64,000 nucleotides of DNA, taken from NCBI RefSeq assembly GCF_006345805.1, contig NC_043016.1, positions 21,018,001-21,082,000 of the forward strand. Reading direction: 5' to 3'. The notes under the pieces are model-generated. The model was not told the DNA's origin and did no database searches. It was given only the letters and a program-made list of their open reading frames with translations. Shown piece after piece: positions 25,307-38,541 of the stretch. The DNA comes from Octopus sinensis (Eukaryota). Each line of letters begins with the position of its first letter. Within the stretch, counting starts at the first letter, position 1. Position numbers and translations under genes: made by a program.

Positions 25307-26217
25307 CAAGTTCGTGTTTCGGGGCAAACACGTAAAAATTTTATTCATCCGGTGTGAAATAAAGGTGGTAGCCGGTTGAGGTGGAAGTGAGAGGAGACGT
25401 TATCGAGTGACAACAGGACTAAACCTGGTGTTCTAGTCCTAGAGAACGGTACAACACGCTGTCAGTGCAGAGTAAGCAGAGAATCGAGGAGTAGTGGGAG
25501 GGATATTGACGTGTCTTTTAGCAGTGGCAGCAGCAGCCGTAGCAGAATTCTGGTTGTGTCACAGCTGTGTGTAGTGTGAAGGCCGAGTTTTAAGTTGAAA
25601 TATTATGGGAAAAAAGATGCCAACTAGAAACGTTTGATTTTAAAGTGCTCTGCTCACAAAACACCACTCCTTGTCTACTTTGGACAATTTTTTTTTTAGG
25701 AGTGTAGAAATGTCCTCGTTTTTCAATGATTGAAGCGAGTGATTTAAGGAGCTTTAGCTGCTATCATGCAGTGGTTCCAGCCTTTTTTTTTTTTTAAGGA
25801 GTCTTAGTAAGTTATATCAATCCCTGTACTTCGCCTAGTATTCGCTATCGGTCGATGCTGAATTGCTAAGTCCATAATATTGACTTTGGTGCTTTTTAGT
25901 GAGTTACGAATCCACATCGTTAAGCACGCAACACACTCACGCACGCGCGCGTTGTTGAACGTCAAAACTTCTCAAATCATTACTCTAATTTCTCGTTTCC
26001 GGTCTGTGGACGATTTTGTAAAGTGGAACAAAAATGTTATTTAAAAAAAACATACAATGGCAATAATTGAATGCCGCTACGATGGAATAAAATTGAACAA
26101 AAAATTTATTGCTTGATAATGTAACCGCTTTTTCAAAAATATGTAAGATACAAACTACATGACTATGGGTGTGTGAGTATGTATACACATATTCACCTGC
26201 ATATACATGTGAATGTG

Positions 26218-26249
<32 letters not shown>

Positions 26250-26304
26250 TGTATGTATGTATGTATGTATGATGTAGTAGTAGTTGTAGTAGTAGTAGTG
26301 ATGA

Positions 26305-26910
26305 ACAGATGCAGAATGTCCGGAATTAGCACAACGCGAATACAAAAGGCGACATGACAATGTGGCAAGAATGATCCACAGGGAGCCCTGTGGAAATCGC
26401 GGCCTACAAAGCGCAAAGATGTGATATGAGCAAACCCCAAAAGGAATCACCGAGAATGAAGATTGCAAAGTCCTGTGGGATGCAATGATTCAGTGCGATC
26501 ACCTGACCAGACATCGGAAACCGGATATTGTTGTGGTGAATAAAAAAGGAAGAACTTACATGATAATCGACATATCATGTCCCAGTGACAACAGGATCAA
26601 AGAGAAAGAAGAAAAACTGCACAACTACAACACGACTTGAAGTGGTCAGTGAGAAGGGTAGACGTGACACCAACAGCAATTAGCGCACTTGAAAGTATCA
26701 GTACTCAACTACCAGCATGGCTCAAAAAGATTGGTACAAATGTAAAGATAGAACACCTATAAAAATCAACATTGCTTGGAACTGCAAGAATTCTTCACAA
26801 AGTTCTTGTAGTATGACCAGTAAACAAGTGTCACCTTAGTCTGCTGGCTGTGGACAGCTGACATTTTCCATCATACCCAGCAAAATAAACTGCGAGTTAT
26901 CATCAAATAA
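26305..26910 (+). mobile_element. R4/Dong-like RLE non-LTR retrotransposon 3' end
   Basis: CRM.G, DCKVLWDAMIQCDHLTRHRKPDIVVVNKK...IIDISCPSDNRIKEKEEK; AAT-rich tail. Confidence 0.8.
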
Positions 26911-26989
26911 TGATAATATAATTATCTATTTCATTTATCATTATGCGTCGGATGAGGGTGGCAATACAAAAACATGAGACACAAAAACA

Positions 26990-28600
26990 ATACAGACACA
27001 AAAAAAGGAACCAGATTATTCTGCCATCTCTAAGGCAATAAACTTGCCCCCTTCATGTTTCCTTCCTCCTACTAAGAAAAAATACTTCGGGTAGATCTAT
27101 TCGGACTAATCAACTTTTCTACTCTCATTTATTTTGCGATAAAAACATCAGAAGGCAACCTCCCCTCTTTTACCTTCCTCTTGAAATGGTACTTGAAGAA
27201 ATTAATGAGAGGTTGGCCAGGTAGGAAAATACCTGTCTTTAAGCTTCTCAGGCGAGTCCACCACATAATCTCTTCTTCCACTTGTCACTTAGCAGAAGTT
27301 AAATCTTCCATTCCTATCAAAAGAAGATAGTACATCAATTTCCATTATAGACTTGGCGGACAGCTGGATTAGTTCCACTTCCTTAGGCAGCAACTGGACA
27401 CAAGCCCAGAAGTCGCTATTGTACGGACATTGAACGACAGCATGCAGGACAGTTTTGGCTGTTGGCGCTTCCGTACCAATAGCCCTTGACTCGAACAGGT
27501 ACTGCCAAGGAACTTTGGAAGTTGTCTATATTCTTGACTGTTCAGGCTCCTCTCATCGACGTCCAGAACCATTCTAAGACGTACGACATGACTTTACTAG
27601 ACTACGGAAAGACGTACTGCAGAAAGGGATTCAAATTAATTCCCCTTCGTTTTCCTAGTCTTCGCCATCACAGTGGTCTAGATATTTCTGTAGGCATGTC
27701 AGCCTCAGTGCATATCTGTACATCATTAAAGACAGCATCCCGAGACCCAGTAGAGCGGTTGTTGATAGCAGATGGATTTCCTGATCAGTGGAAACGAAAA
27801 AGCATGTCTGATCACATGTTGTTTGGGACGAGCACGACGGTCAGGTATCAATACACAACCGAAATGTAGAGACGTTAGCAAAATGTAGCTACCCTACATA
27901 CCATCTCTTTTCATTTCATATCCATCTGAAGATTCGATCTCAGGAGCCAGACCCCGAACATCTTAACCAGTTTGCAACTGTTGTTCTACCGTCTTATCCT
28001 GGTTGATGTGTGCGGCCCGGTATTCCTTGGTTTGGTGTCGACCATTTCTGCTACAGAAGTGTTCGAATCTTGACAGTGGTGTCGTCCGCGTATGTAAATA
28101 CAATTTAACTGTGATCCAGTTCGAGAAAGAGGCCCTTCAATTTCTCCGTCCACTGTAGCAATGGTTGTAAAGCCAAAATATACACGAGAGAGGGAGGAGA
28201 AGGGGCACAGGGAGAGGGGAAAGAGCGGAGGTGAGAGAGAGAAAGAGAGAAGGCATCCCACGGATCGAACGTTTCATGCTGAACAGTTCCGAGATGTGGC
28301 TATTTATTTTGATAACAGAAGCCGCAGTACATGCAACCTCTGAAGACGGGACCAAAACTGACTACTCTTTGAAACTATCACCAACTGATCCATAATAACC
28401 GGTGCTCCACAAAGCTAGATCTATTTCTGACCCACGCTACGTCGCATCGCATGAGATGGAAATTATCGTGGATAGATTTGTCGGGGAAGGCACTAGTTTG
28501 CACTCCCGCACTACACTATCAAAGACAAACGCCAGCCTTTTGACGAACACCTTTGCCAATATCTTTAATTTTGTTTTGAGCAGAGTTATGATACTAAAAT
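26990..28600 (-). mobile_element. Degenerate Tx1/L1-clade LINE RT region
   Basis: Minus strand IITLLKTKLKILAKVFVKRLA and VIKINSHISELFSMKRSIRGMPSL (compare VRINGHLSEPF.I.RSVRQGCPLSP). Confidence 0.7.
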
Positions 28601-29233
28601 ATTCAATTACGTCCTCCTAATGTCTTTCCTCAACGACGTCATCACTCCTCGACTATTACAAGCCACGAGTTTTTAGTCCGTGTAACCATTAAGACAACTT
28701 AGATTAATTCTGTTAACGTAACGAAAAGTAGACATGTATCAAGAGAACCTCGATTAAGTGTGACATATGACGATCAAGCTTGTAGAGCAGGCCATCGAAC
28801 TCCATAGTGTAGCAGTCATCGCTTCCCATATTTTGTCAGCTATCGAGGCTCCAAACAGTTGCCAATTTACTGTAATAATTTGGCTTGTTTTCATTATTTT
28901 ATTATTAGCAACAATTTTTGTGCCTAGGGAACTTACCCAGTATGCTCGTTGAGCTCCCTAGTCTACGGCGCTCGATCACCCATCCGTTATACGATTGCAT
29001 TAGACGCAGGGCAATTTTCTGATGCATAAAAAAAAAGAAAAATGTGTCCAATCTACCGACAAATACGGTATTTATTCTCCCATTTAGAAGTGTTTTGGTA
29101 CAATCAGAGACTTATTTTTCATTATGATATCGTCTAAACTTGCTTCTAGCCATGTAGGTGTTCCCTTGCTTGTATCACTTTTATTTCCAAGTTGTATTGC
29201 TTTTGAGATAGCTCTTAGTTATATTTAATATAT

Positions 29234-30229
29234 TGTTACGGAATCCCACCTGCCGTCGCTCAAACTCTTCGGGACAAACCCGGGACCCTACCAAGTCGAG
29301 CGACGACGATTTACCTGCCCGATCTATCGGGGAAAGTTCTCCACGGAAAGAGAGAATTCGGTGGGGGAAGAAAAGCGGCGAACGGAGAATTCGCCACACA
29401 GAGAGGACTCGGTGGGGATGGCAGCGAACCCGGCAGGACCGGTGACTGGAGATAACAACAACAACAAACAGGAAGAGATACAGAGAGAGACGGCGGAAGG
29501 CAATTGGCTACATTTAACAACAGTTTATACAATTATTACAACATCAAATAAATCAAAGAAAATACATGCAAGAAACAACAAATCAAAGCATTTAAACAGT
29601 ACACGTCGAATCAAACAAATAATGTTCACGATACAAATCAAAACAACAATACAGTTCAATGTCCAAATCACATTAAAGTCCTTCTCTTTTTCTCCTTTCT
29701 TTTACATTTCAACTACTCTTTTCCTTAATTCACAATGTCTTTACAATCTCATTTCTTTTCCAGTCTTTAGCACTGTTCTATCTTTTTACTCTTTCCTTCT
29801 TTTTTCACATCAATTCTCTTTTTAGTTCAAAATACAACAACCAAAAGACACAAACAAAACTTTACCGGACGTTCTTTTCCGTCTGCAACAATTTCAGAAA
29901 ACTACTACCGTAATCGCCAAGCCCTCTCGCCGCAATCTCTCTCAGTTCCTTAATCTTCCCTGCCTGTCTTCCTCTGTCACAGCAGAAACAACCTGTTACT
30001 AACTTGCTCTGTCCTCGACTGTCCCGTCTCTCGTAGAGTTGCCGGCCGACTGTCCCCCACAGGCTCACAGTTCCTGCTTTTTAAAAGGGGTGCTTCCACG
30101 AACTTTCTTTCACCTGAAAGGGTCGCAGGTCTCCCCAGAACTAATCAATCCACCTGAATCTGACAGGACAATGGATTTATTCCAAAAGTAGGTCGCAACC
30201 ACTGTCCTTAAATTGACCCAGTCATAACA
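29234..30229. mobile_element. Solo LTR (996 bp), ATAT target-site duplication
   Basis: TGTTACG...ATAACA termini, ATAT on both sides; patchy homology to 36761-37864. Confidence 0.85.
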
Positions 30230-30745
30230 ATATCAAACATTTTTTTTTCACAGCCGTTACATCAGCTTGATGTTCTTTTGGATCTTCGTCACATTTTTTT
30301 TTCTCTCAGTCCTATGATTAGGATATTGTTTTAACGATGCTCTCTATCTTTTAGTTCATCAACTACCTCAGCTACTTAACATTTGCGACTTTGTTGGTCT
30401 AAAACATCTCTGCATATGTTTCTTGATATGTTTGTTGCCTGTCAAAAGGACCTCGTTTTTAGCCAATACCTCCAATTTATTGTTCATGTCCTTCATATGA
30501 GCTAATTTTTATTCTATCTCTTTCTCATCTCGTAACATAACTCTGAATTTATAAATTGCTTCTCTCATTGAACGCAAATTTCTATTGCATAAGCGCTGAC
30601 TTATGTTCTCAAACTCAGAGAACCACTTCGAGGAGCTTTGAACCAAGAAGGTGTTTCATTACTGATGTATATGATGAGCAATAAAGAAATTAGGAAATTT
30701 TGGCACGATGTCCATCTGCTTTTCGGGTGTCGTTGCAAACGACAT

Positions 30746-31100
30746 CTTAAAGTTCTCGTATTTCGGTAATTTCAACAAATCAATGGCGTGTATTCAGCTG
30801 AATAAAATTACTGCTGTTGTTCGTCAACAAGAACTTCCGGTGGTGTATATTTCGTTTGTCACTGTTATTTATGACAACCCTAACCCTAAAACCCAACACT
30901 AACCTTAAAACCCTAACCCTAAATCGTAACCCTAAAACCTTATAACCAGTACAAATGCACGAACGATGTCATAAAAAAACAGTGACAAACGAAATACACA
31001 CCGCCGGTAGTTGTTGTTGACAAACAACGGCAGTAATTTTATTCAGCTGAATACACGTCATTGATTGGTTGAAATTACAGTAATACAAGAACTTAAACGT
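30746..31100. mobile_element. MITE-like foldback with an (AACCCT)-type telomere-like core
   Basis: ~125-bp inverted arms around ACCCTAACCCTAAAACCC... at 30874-30948. Confidence 0.7.
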
Positions 31101-31539
31101 GAAATAACTTCATAAATATAAGTTTTTCTCAAAAATGCTAATAGTAAAACATGTTTTATAGGACACATTCTCCCACTGTCCGAAGTTTGAAAGTGTTTAG
31201 TTACAAAAAAATTTTTTTAATCTGTAGGTCAAAAGGTAAAGATCCAACTGGTTTATCTCCCCACTAAAAAATTGAGTTTATATGGCAACAAGAGATTGGA
31301 TTGAAAGAGTTAGATTCTTTTGATTCAGTACTTCAACACGTTGTTAACATTTGGCCTCCTTAATAGGCATGGTATGATTTGTTAAGATGTTTAATTATTT
31401 ATTTTCGTATTTATTAATGTTTTCAGTTTTCATTGTTATTAATCCTTTCAGCTTTTTATATGATTTGTTATAAAAATGTTATCAGATTCAATACGAGATT
31501 TCATTGTATCACTTTTTTTGTTAGTTTGTTTTATTAAGG

Positions 31540-32035
31540 ATTAAATAATAAGGATCCAATAATTCTTTTAGTTGAAGGAGATAACCAAAAGAACAGATAT
31601 TTCTCATAAAATGTGGGGAGATAACCCAATATTTTAATGGGGGTGAGATAATAAATAGTACCGAAGAATTTAGTAAGCAACAAAGCACGAGTTGTTAGAT
31701 TGACTGATAAGATAATTTTTTTAAAATCTAACCAATGATGAGGCACATAGAATTCTTTGAACGGCATCAGTAAAAGTCTGATTAATGGCTTTCTTTGAAA
31801 AGTAGGAATTTTTTGAAGTTGATGACAACTCATGGATGTAATGACGTTAGCATAAGTGTATCCAATCAGATTTGTTGTTGGCAAGAGTAACTGGTATATA
31901 TAGCAGGTGAAATTGATGTTTAAAAAACAGAACAGGCTTAATCTGATCAGACAGTCATTACGCAGCGAACTGATACCTGAAGGCAGTTGGAAGCCCGGGA
32001 GACAAGATCCTATTGACAATATAAGCGTGGATTCC
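31540..32035 (-). mobile_element. Possible degenerate Penelope-like RT fragment
   Basis: Frame-hopping LYIP.TLANNKSDWIHLC*RHYIHEL and LPTFY loosely resemble the PLE motifs DKA.NN...CK.YY..L and LP.LYW. Confidence 0.3.
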
Positions 32036-32059
32036 AAAACATGACTGTAAACTACATTC

Positions 32060-34545
32060 TTTCTCTAATTGATACTCCTGCTAAAGGCCAATAGAACTGT
32101 TGTGTGATTAATTTCGACTGATTTCTTTCTTGACAACTTGACTGTTATCAAAATTCCTTTTCCTGATGTGGGCACGTACTATGTTCCTTTTACTAGGTCC
32201 TCCACTCTCACGCTCCCCCAAACAGCTTACATCATGGCAAATGTTTTCCCTCCCACTTTGTCGTCGTATATGAAAAACATATACCCTATGTTCATTGTCT
32301 TAATCATCAGTTGCATCTTGTCGGGGTTAACACAAAAAAGCGGATCTTTCGTTGGTTGAATCACCGTTGTCATTGGAGACACATCTCTCTTTACCTTCTC
32401 TTTCCAAGAGATCAATATATCCTTTTGAATCCATATGTACGCCTCTATCTCGAACTTGCTCCTGGGTATGCTAATTGCATACCCATTTCTGGGTATGCTC
32501 ATTGCAGCTTATCTTATTTTTAACATTGAGAGCTCTTCCAGATTCATTTCATTGTCCATCACTCGCCGTTAAACTCATCCCGGAAGTCCTCGTCTTCGAA
32601 ATTTGTCTGTGGAATTCCTTTGGAATTCGATCCATCGATTTCAGGGCCATCTTCTTCCGCTGCATACTCACAATACACAGCTCATTAGATCCTAAATTCC
32701 ACTCCCTTCATGTCAACTGCAACCTTGTCGACTACTATCACCTGTAATCCTCATTAGCGTTCCCTGTACCGCCATTATCACAATACTAATGCATTTACAC
32801 TTAATCTTCCATCTATTTGTTGCCCTTAGTCTAGTTATTCCACTCCAGCTATTGATCATCTTCAGAGTCATCAGAGCTAATGTGTTGCCTGGGTCCAGGA
32901 AGGCTCTCACTTCTCCTTTCTTCCAAAAAACATTTATTTCAGATGTAGTGAATCATTGCAGGCATGAAGTGGATTCGATCCACCATAGCCAAATTTCAAG
33001 TAACAGTTCAACAGAACTTTTCTTATGGTGGAACAATAGTTTTTCTGTGACAGTTTACATTTGCCAGATGCCTTAGCTAGGCCGAAATAATGTCTTCACC
33101 ACTTGATCCTTCTAACCTCTTCTATTCCACCAAAATCTAGAATTAAGATAACAAGTATCACCGACGAAATCTATTGTTCTCAACGATATGTCAATCCTTC
33201 TGGATAGTTATAACAGCAAGAACCTCGAGAAAAAATCAGTTAGTCACTTGGTGACAACTCAGTGAGAACGGAGTCTGGTTGACCGGCTGAACAAACGTCG
33301 TCTCTAAAGAAAAGGGTACAAAGAGAACAACTATGGTAAATTACCAACGGAGCAGTTATTTCGTCCCACACTAACTCACTTTCTCTTCTCTGCACATTAC
33401 CATATCTCTCTCTATTATAATAAGAACATACTACTACAATAAGAACATACAGGCCGAAATTAACTTTTTTACTTTGCATACTCTACAATTTCATCACCTG
33501 CCCGTCGAGGTAAGGTATTGTATTATGTAACGGTAAAATAAATATTTTCTTCACAACTTCAATCACTGTTCTTTCATCTTTACATAATGGCAATCAACGA
33601 AGAACCTATCCTTACAAACTGATTACGACTCCGACATTTCATATTATTGCTTACAAATTGAATTTCAATCGTCCCGAAATCAATTTCAACCGTACAAATT
33701 CATAAAAACTTCCACTGTTACAAACAGATTACATCCATCCTGCTGTGTATCAACTATCATTTACCACACTATTGCTCACCATATTAATGTTCACAAATCA
33801 ATTACAACAGTAACAAACTCAACCTCTGCCGTTACAAATTTTTACTGTTACACAGATATCGAATACAAGACAGCCTTAACTTGGTTGATTACAACCGTAG
33901 TAGCCTTCACTTCCTCTTTTCCTTAACTCCAGTGTATTATTATACGACCAGCATAGTCACACCGAAGTTGCAAACCTCTTTGGACTTCGGCTCTTTACAC
34001 TCCCTGATCATGTGCAAACCTCGACCGGAAACAATGTCCCTTGAAGAACCGTATCTGCTGTACAACTTGTTTCACGGTCTTCGTTCTAATGGACCTCACT
34101 ATCACTGCAACATTACAGGTGACGTTCTACGTCCATACTCTTGTTACTTCCACCAAAAGACCCACTGTTATCGTCACGATCTCTAGCAGCCGCTGCAGCC
34201 TCAACGGGATATGGTCGGCAAATTTAGTCGCAAACGCCAAATGTAGCTAGATTTCTAATCTCGCTTACACAGTGGTACACTTCTTCTCTCATCCATTCCA
34301 CCACCTCCCCCTAGCTTGTAGTGTGGCTTGAACGTTCTTTCCATGTATGTGCCTTTTAATCACTCCTTGATCTTCTCAATCTTTCTTTGGTTCGACTCGT
34401 CTTTCTCCAGATACAAATTCAGGGCACTTCCTTCCTGGCATAGTAGTATGAGGCTCGCTAGCAACTTAACAACAAGCTTTACTTTTTTAATCCGGACCAC
34501 CTTCACCAGAAATGGGCCTGAGAACATCGCTGCCAATCCTTATTT
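32060..34545 (-). mobile_element. Degenerate Gypsy gag-pol (gag, zinc knuckle, protease, RT start) interrupted by a solo LTR
   Basis: Gag LASLILLCQEGSALNLYLEKDESNQRKIEKIKE; knuckle CFR..LHMIRECKEP; protease VRAFLDPG; FEDEDFRDEFNGE*W; FEIEAYIWIQKDILISW...VIQPTKD. Confidence 0.8.
32944..33852. mobile_element. Solo LTR (909 bp) with CAGA TSD
   Basis: TGTAGTG...TGTTACA flanked by CAGA at 32940-32943 and 33853-33856. Confidence 0.85.
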
Positions 34546-34899
34546 TCGTTACCATGTCGAACATTGATGAAAGTAAAAGGGCGCTGAAATAACTTGTAAT
34601 TTAAAGAGTGAAAACTATTTTACCTTAACCTCTGGGAACGGCTTTGATGGGAATCCTCAACTGCCAACTTGGACTTATTGTGTAACTCAGAGATCCTGCC
34701 TATCAGTGACCCTGGAATGAAATTTGATTACGAGGTGCAAAATCAGGTCTAAATTTTTTTTACAAACAAGGCCGATTATTTTTCAGTCTTAATATCAAAA
34801 CAAACACAGGTATAATAATATTTTTTTAATTATTATATATGGAAAAGTAATGCTTCAGATCATTCCAAAAAATTTTCTACTCTTGCTTGTTTTGGCGAT

Positions 34900-35690
34900 G
34901 AAGTTTTACAAGAGGATTCCAAAGTGCTTTCATTGCACAAGTTTTTATATATATGCATTACAGCACAGTGTGTCAAACGGGGTTGCATCAGTGTGGTGCA
35001 GAGTCAGGTCTTCAAACAGCAAAGTTTGCTGAACAGTCTCTCGCTTGATGCAACAGACTCAGGCTTCCAACATGATGACATTCTCATCACAAAGGCTGGT
35101 CCATAGCGCTTTCAGAAGAATGGTGATTTGGTGAACAAAGTTTAATGCATCATTGACCATGGCAACCGTAGATCCAATTTCTTGGAGGACAAGGTCCAGA
35201 GAGTGGTTTCCGCAGTACACAAAATATGTACCAGGAAACATATCTTTTCATCTCTTTTGTATGTTTGAAATGTGCCCGCTCGAAGTACATGCACCATCAA
35301 AGGCATATGCAGTATAATTTTGAGCCCAGCTCAATGTTTAGACAGCAAAAAAACATCCAGAATAACCTGAGTTAGTGTCTCTAAAGTGTAGTCAGGAGAA
35401 AATCTTCGTGAACATCCTCGTTTTCAGAAACATAACAGCAATAATTGATTCTTGTTCAAGGCGGCGAGCTAGCGCAGAAACGTTAGCACGCCGTCTTTAC
35501 GTTTTAAGTTCAAATTCAGCCGAGGTCGACTTTACATTTCATCCTTTCGGGGTCGATAAATTAAGTACCAGTTGCGTACTGGAGTCAATCTAACCGACTG
35601 GCCCCCCTCCCCCAAAATTTTGGGCCTTGTGCCTAGAGTAGAAAAGAATAATTGATTCTTGTTCTATGCCAGAGCAATCACATATAATAT
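34900..35690 (-). mobile_element. hAT (ZMYM1-like) transposase fragment
   Basis: AYAFDGACTSSG and YFVYCGNHSLDLVLQE (compare YDGA..MSG and YVHC.AH.LNLVL). Confidence 0.7.
35460..35646 (+). mobile_element. SINE family A inserted in the hAT fragment
   Basis: GGCGGCGAGCTAGCGCAGAAACGTTAG head; 18-bp TSD AATAATTGATTCTTGTTC at 35440-35457 and 35647-35664. Confidence 0.88.
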
Positions 35691-35694
35691 CAAT

Positions 35695-38090
35695 AAACAT
35701 GTTTAATGTTTCAGTAGCAGTTCCTGTAATACCAAGATTCCTTAACTTATGGCAGATGATTCCATGAACAATCTTGTCGAACGCCTTGACAAAATCAAGG
35801 TATATACAATCAGTGTCCTTTCCTCTCAAGAGATTATTAAGAACAGTGTTATGGCGTTATTAGTAGTTGTGAAAGGCAACTTCGTCCAGTCCAAAAACTA
35901 TGATGTATGTCATCTACGAGGTTGTTTTCCACAAGGTATGCACTAATTCAATTTCAAACAATGCGTTTCATAATTTTAGGCATGTGAGATTTGAGAGAAA
36001 CAGGACGGACGACTTTTGAAATAGTATATATAATGGTTTCACGGGGCTGCTTTTGCTCATTTTTAGCAGTATGCCTGGGAGACCAAACTGATACTTTCTC
36101 AATCACATCAGCCGAGAAACTTTTTTCTTTTTTAGTTGTTTTGTTGGTTTGGTTCTATGATACATTAGTGTCTGTCTATTCTCGGAATCAAGTGCTTGTG
36201 GGAGTAGGCGTATTTTTATGGGGCATGCTTTCAACAGATCCTGATTAACTCTTCATACAGAAACTTCATTCCATCGTTAAGATTGAGGAGTCAATATGCT
36301 GAGACCAGTTTGTTTAAGGATTTCAGTTTTGATTTCCTTCATGTGGAGTGAATCATGTTAGATATTATTTGTGTGTGTTACCCTCTTTGAACCATATAAA
36401 GATAATTGTATAATGTTGTGATCAGATTTAGGTGTAGGAAGGACCTGAATATTGTGGTAAAGACTAGGTCGAGTATGTTATTTCCCCCAGTTGGATGGGT
36501 AATGATTTGTTGCATGAGTAAGTCTTAAGTGGTATCGAGAAGAACATTCATATCTCTCCTGTTCAGTTGTTTAATTCCAGGCTGGATGTAGCCCTCAAGT
36601 TAACTGAGACAAAGAAAAATTAAAGTCCCCTGCTAAAATACATTGGCCTGTGGACTGGCCTCATTTAACGTTTGACTTATGAGCGACAAAGCATCTTTGA
36701 AATGATCTCGTAGTTAGAGACAACAGGTAATGCCTATGATCAAATTGAGGTTAATCATATTGTTACGAGGGGACCTCCGAAGAACGAAAGCTGTTGCGGA
36801 ATCCCTCACACAGGCCCGTTCGATCTGCGAATGTTCGCCACGGAAACTCAAAGAGGAGAGAGATACAACAACTACAGCAGCAGCAGCCGCAAGAAGAGAC
36901 ACAGAGGCAATCGAGAGAGACACAAAGAGGGCAAGGCAATTGGCTACGTTTAACAACTAGTTTATAACACTTAATAATTGTTACAACATCAAATACATAT
37001 CAGATACATTTAAAGAGGACACGTCGAATTAAACAACAACTCAATACATCATACAGGTATACCACAGATCAAAGCATTTAAACATGCAGATACAATATAA
37101 CAGTCCGGAGACAACAGTTCTGTTTCAAATCACATTAAAGTTACAGTTCAAAGGACATTAAAGGCCTATACAGTTCAATGTTCATTACACAGTTCTCTTT
37201 TGCCTTAACAACTCTGTACACAAATCAACACAGTTCACATTGTTCTTTTCACTGTCTCATTTCTTTTACATTTCAATACATCGATTCTTTTTCCTTCTTT
37301 CTCTTCACATATTAATACAACAATAACACATACCGTTCAGTTCCTGCTATAAAAGCCAATGTCTCATATTGTACCTCATCTCTCTTAGCACTGCTAAATC
37401 CAACTGCTAAACTGCTTGCCCTGAATACCAAATCCTCACCGCTAAATCCAACCGCTCGCCTTGACTTCCAAATACCGACTGCCAAAACCTCTTGCTCTGT
37501 CACCACCCCCAATCTCTCTTAGCTCTAATACTCTCTCTATCGCCGCTTAGTCCTATGTGCCTGTCCTCATCAACGCTGTCACTGTCACTCTCTCTCTCCT
37601 AGCTCTGCAATACCATCTGTCTGTCCTCCTCTACGCTGTCACTGTCACTCTCTCATGACAGCTCCCAGATTCCTTAATCTGTCTTTCTCAGCTCTTCCTT
37701 TTAAGGGGTGTTTAGAACGAACTTTCCTTGACCAGCAAAAGGGTAGGGGTCCTTCCAAAAGCCATTACTCTTCCCAAAACAAAGGACTATAACTTTGCAT
37801 TCCAGACTTTCTGTCTCCAAGCCAGCAAAGTAGGTCATAGAGGTGTCCCTGACCATTCACAACAATATGTATTATTAGTGTATCGCACACTGTGTTAGAG
37901 TGAGAGAGGTGGACATTTGTCACCAGGTCTTCATGGATGAAGATAGCTGTACATAACCTGACATATGTACTTTTGCATCCAATATATCTGGGGTCAGGTA
38001 CGCTTCACTTAGCGTTATACATATTGTTTTTCTCACTGGACAAGGTCTCTAAAATATGATACTTTTGTTCCATTTGTGGAGTGTGAAAGA
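35695..38090 (-). mobile_element. Degenerate CR1/L2-like LINE (APE to RT), interrupted by a solo LTR
   Basis: ITLSEAYLTPDILDA (about 37950-38020), GDFNF and SDHNII (36400-36630), DCIYLDFVKAFDKIVHGIICHKL (35720-35810). Confidence 0.7.
36761..37864. mobile_element. Solo LTR (1104 bp), ATAT TSD
   Basis: TGTTACG...CACAACA flanked by ATAT at 36757-36760 and 37865-37868. Confidence 0.85.
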
Positions 38091-38541
38091 CCTTGTGCAT
38101 TTGGCATTATTATTGAGTTGAGTTAGTGGGTTAATCACAGCAATGGTGTATGGTTGTGCACTGGGTTATAATAGCAGTGGTTGGTGCTGTGTGAGAGGTT
38201 GGTACTGTATGATAAATTAAGCCTGTGGGTGCGCTCAACTGCACCGCATGAGAGAAATATACATGACGTGGTAATGTTGAGGGATTGGCAAGGAAGCGCT
38301 TGAAAACAACGCTGTCATGCGATATTTCAGTTTTAGTTGTGGCCCAACCGTACACTCCTTCGCGTAAACAGCGTGCGACCATTGTGAAGACAACTCAGCA
38401 CCCAAACGGAAACAATTCTGCATATGGCATCCAGGCACACAAGATCACATTAAGGACACGGTCTCTAACTAACGTGGTTGGGTCTTAGACACAATAAATT
38501 AGTGGGTTATTGTACATGCCATATTTCGGGTTATAATCAAT

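Noticed and set aside
25290-25660. Divergent plus-strand first exon next to the TANGO1 promoter
   Set aside because: CpG-rich, but no ORF or convincing donor; cannot be supported from sequence alone
31534-32502. Possible Polinton/adintovirus capsid ORFs (167 aa and 91 aa)
   Set aside because: No capsid motifs found. The 91-aa ORF is Gypsy RT N-terminus, and the 167-aa ORF looks like frameshifted retroelement debris.
38250-38420. Tc1-like transposase fragment (TMVARCLREG)
   Set aside because: Similarity is too short, with no TIRs or DDE motif
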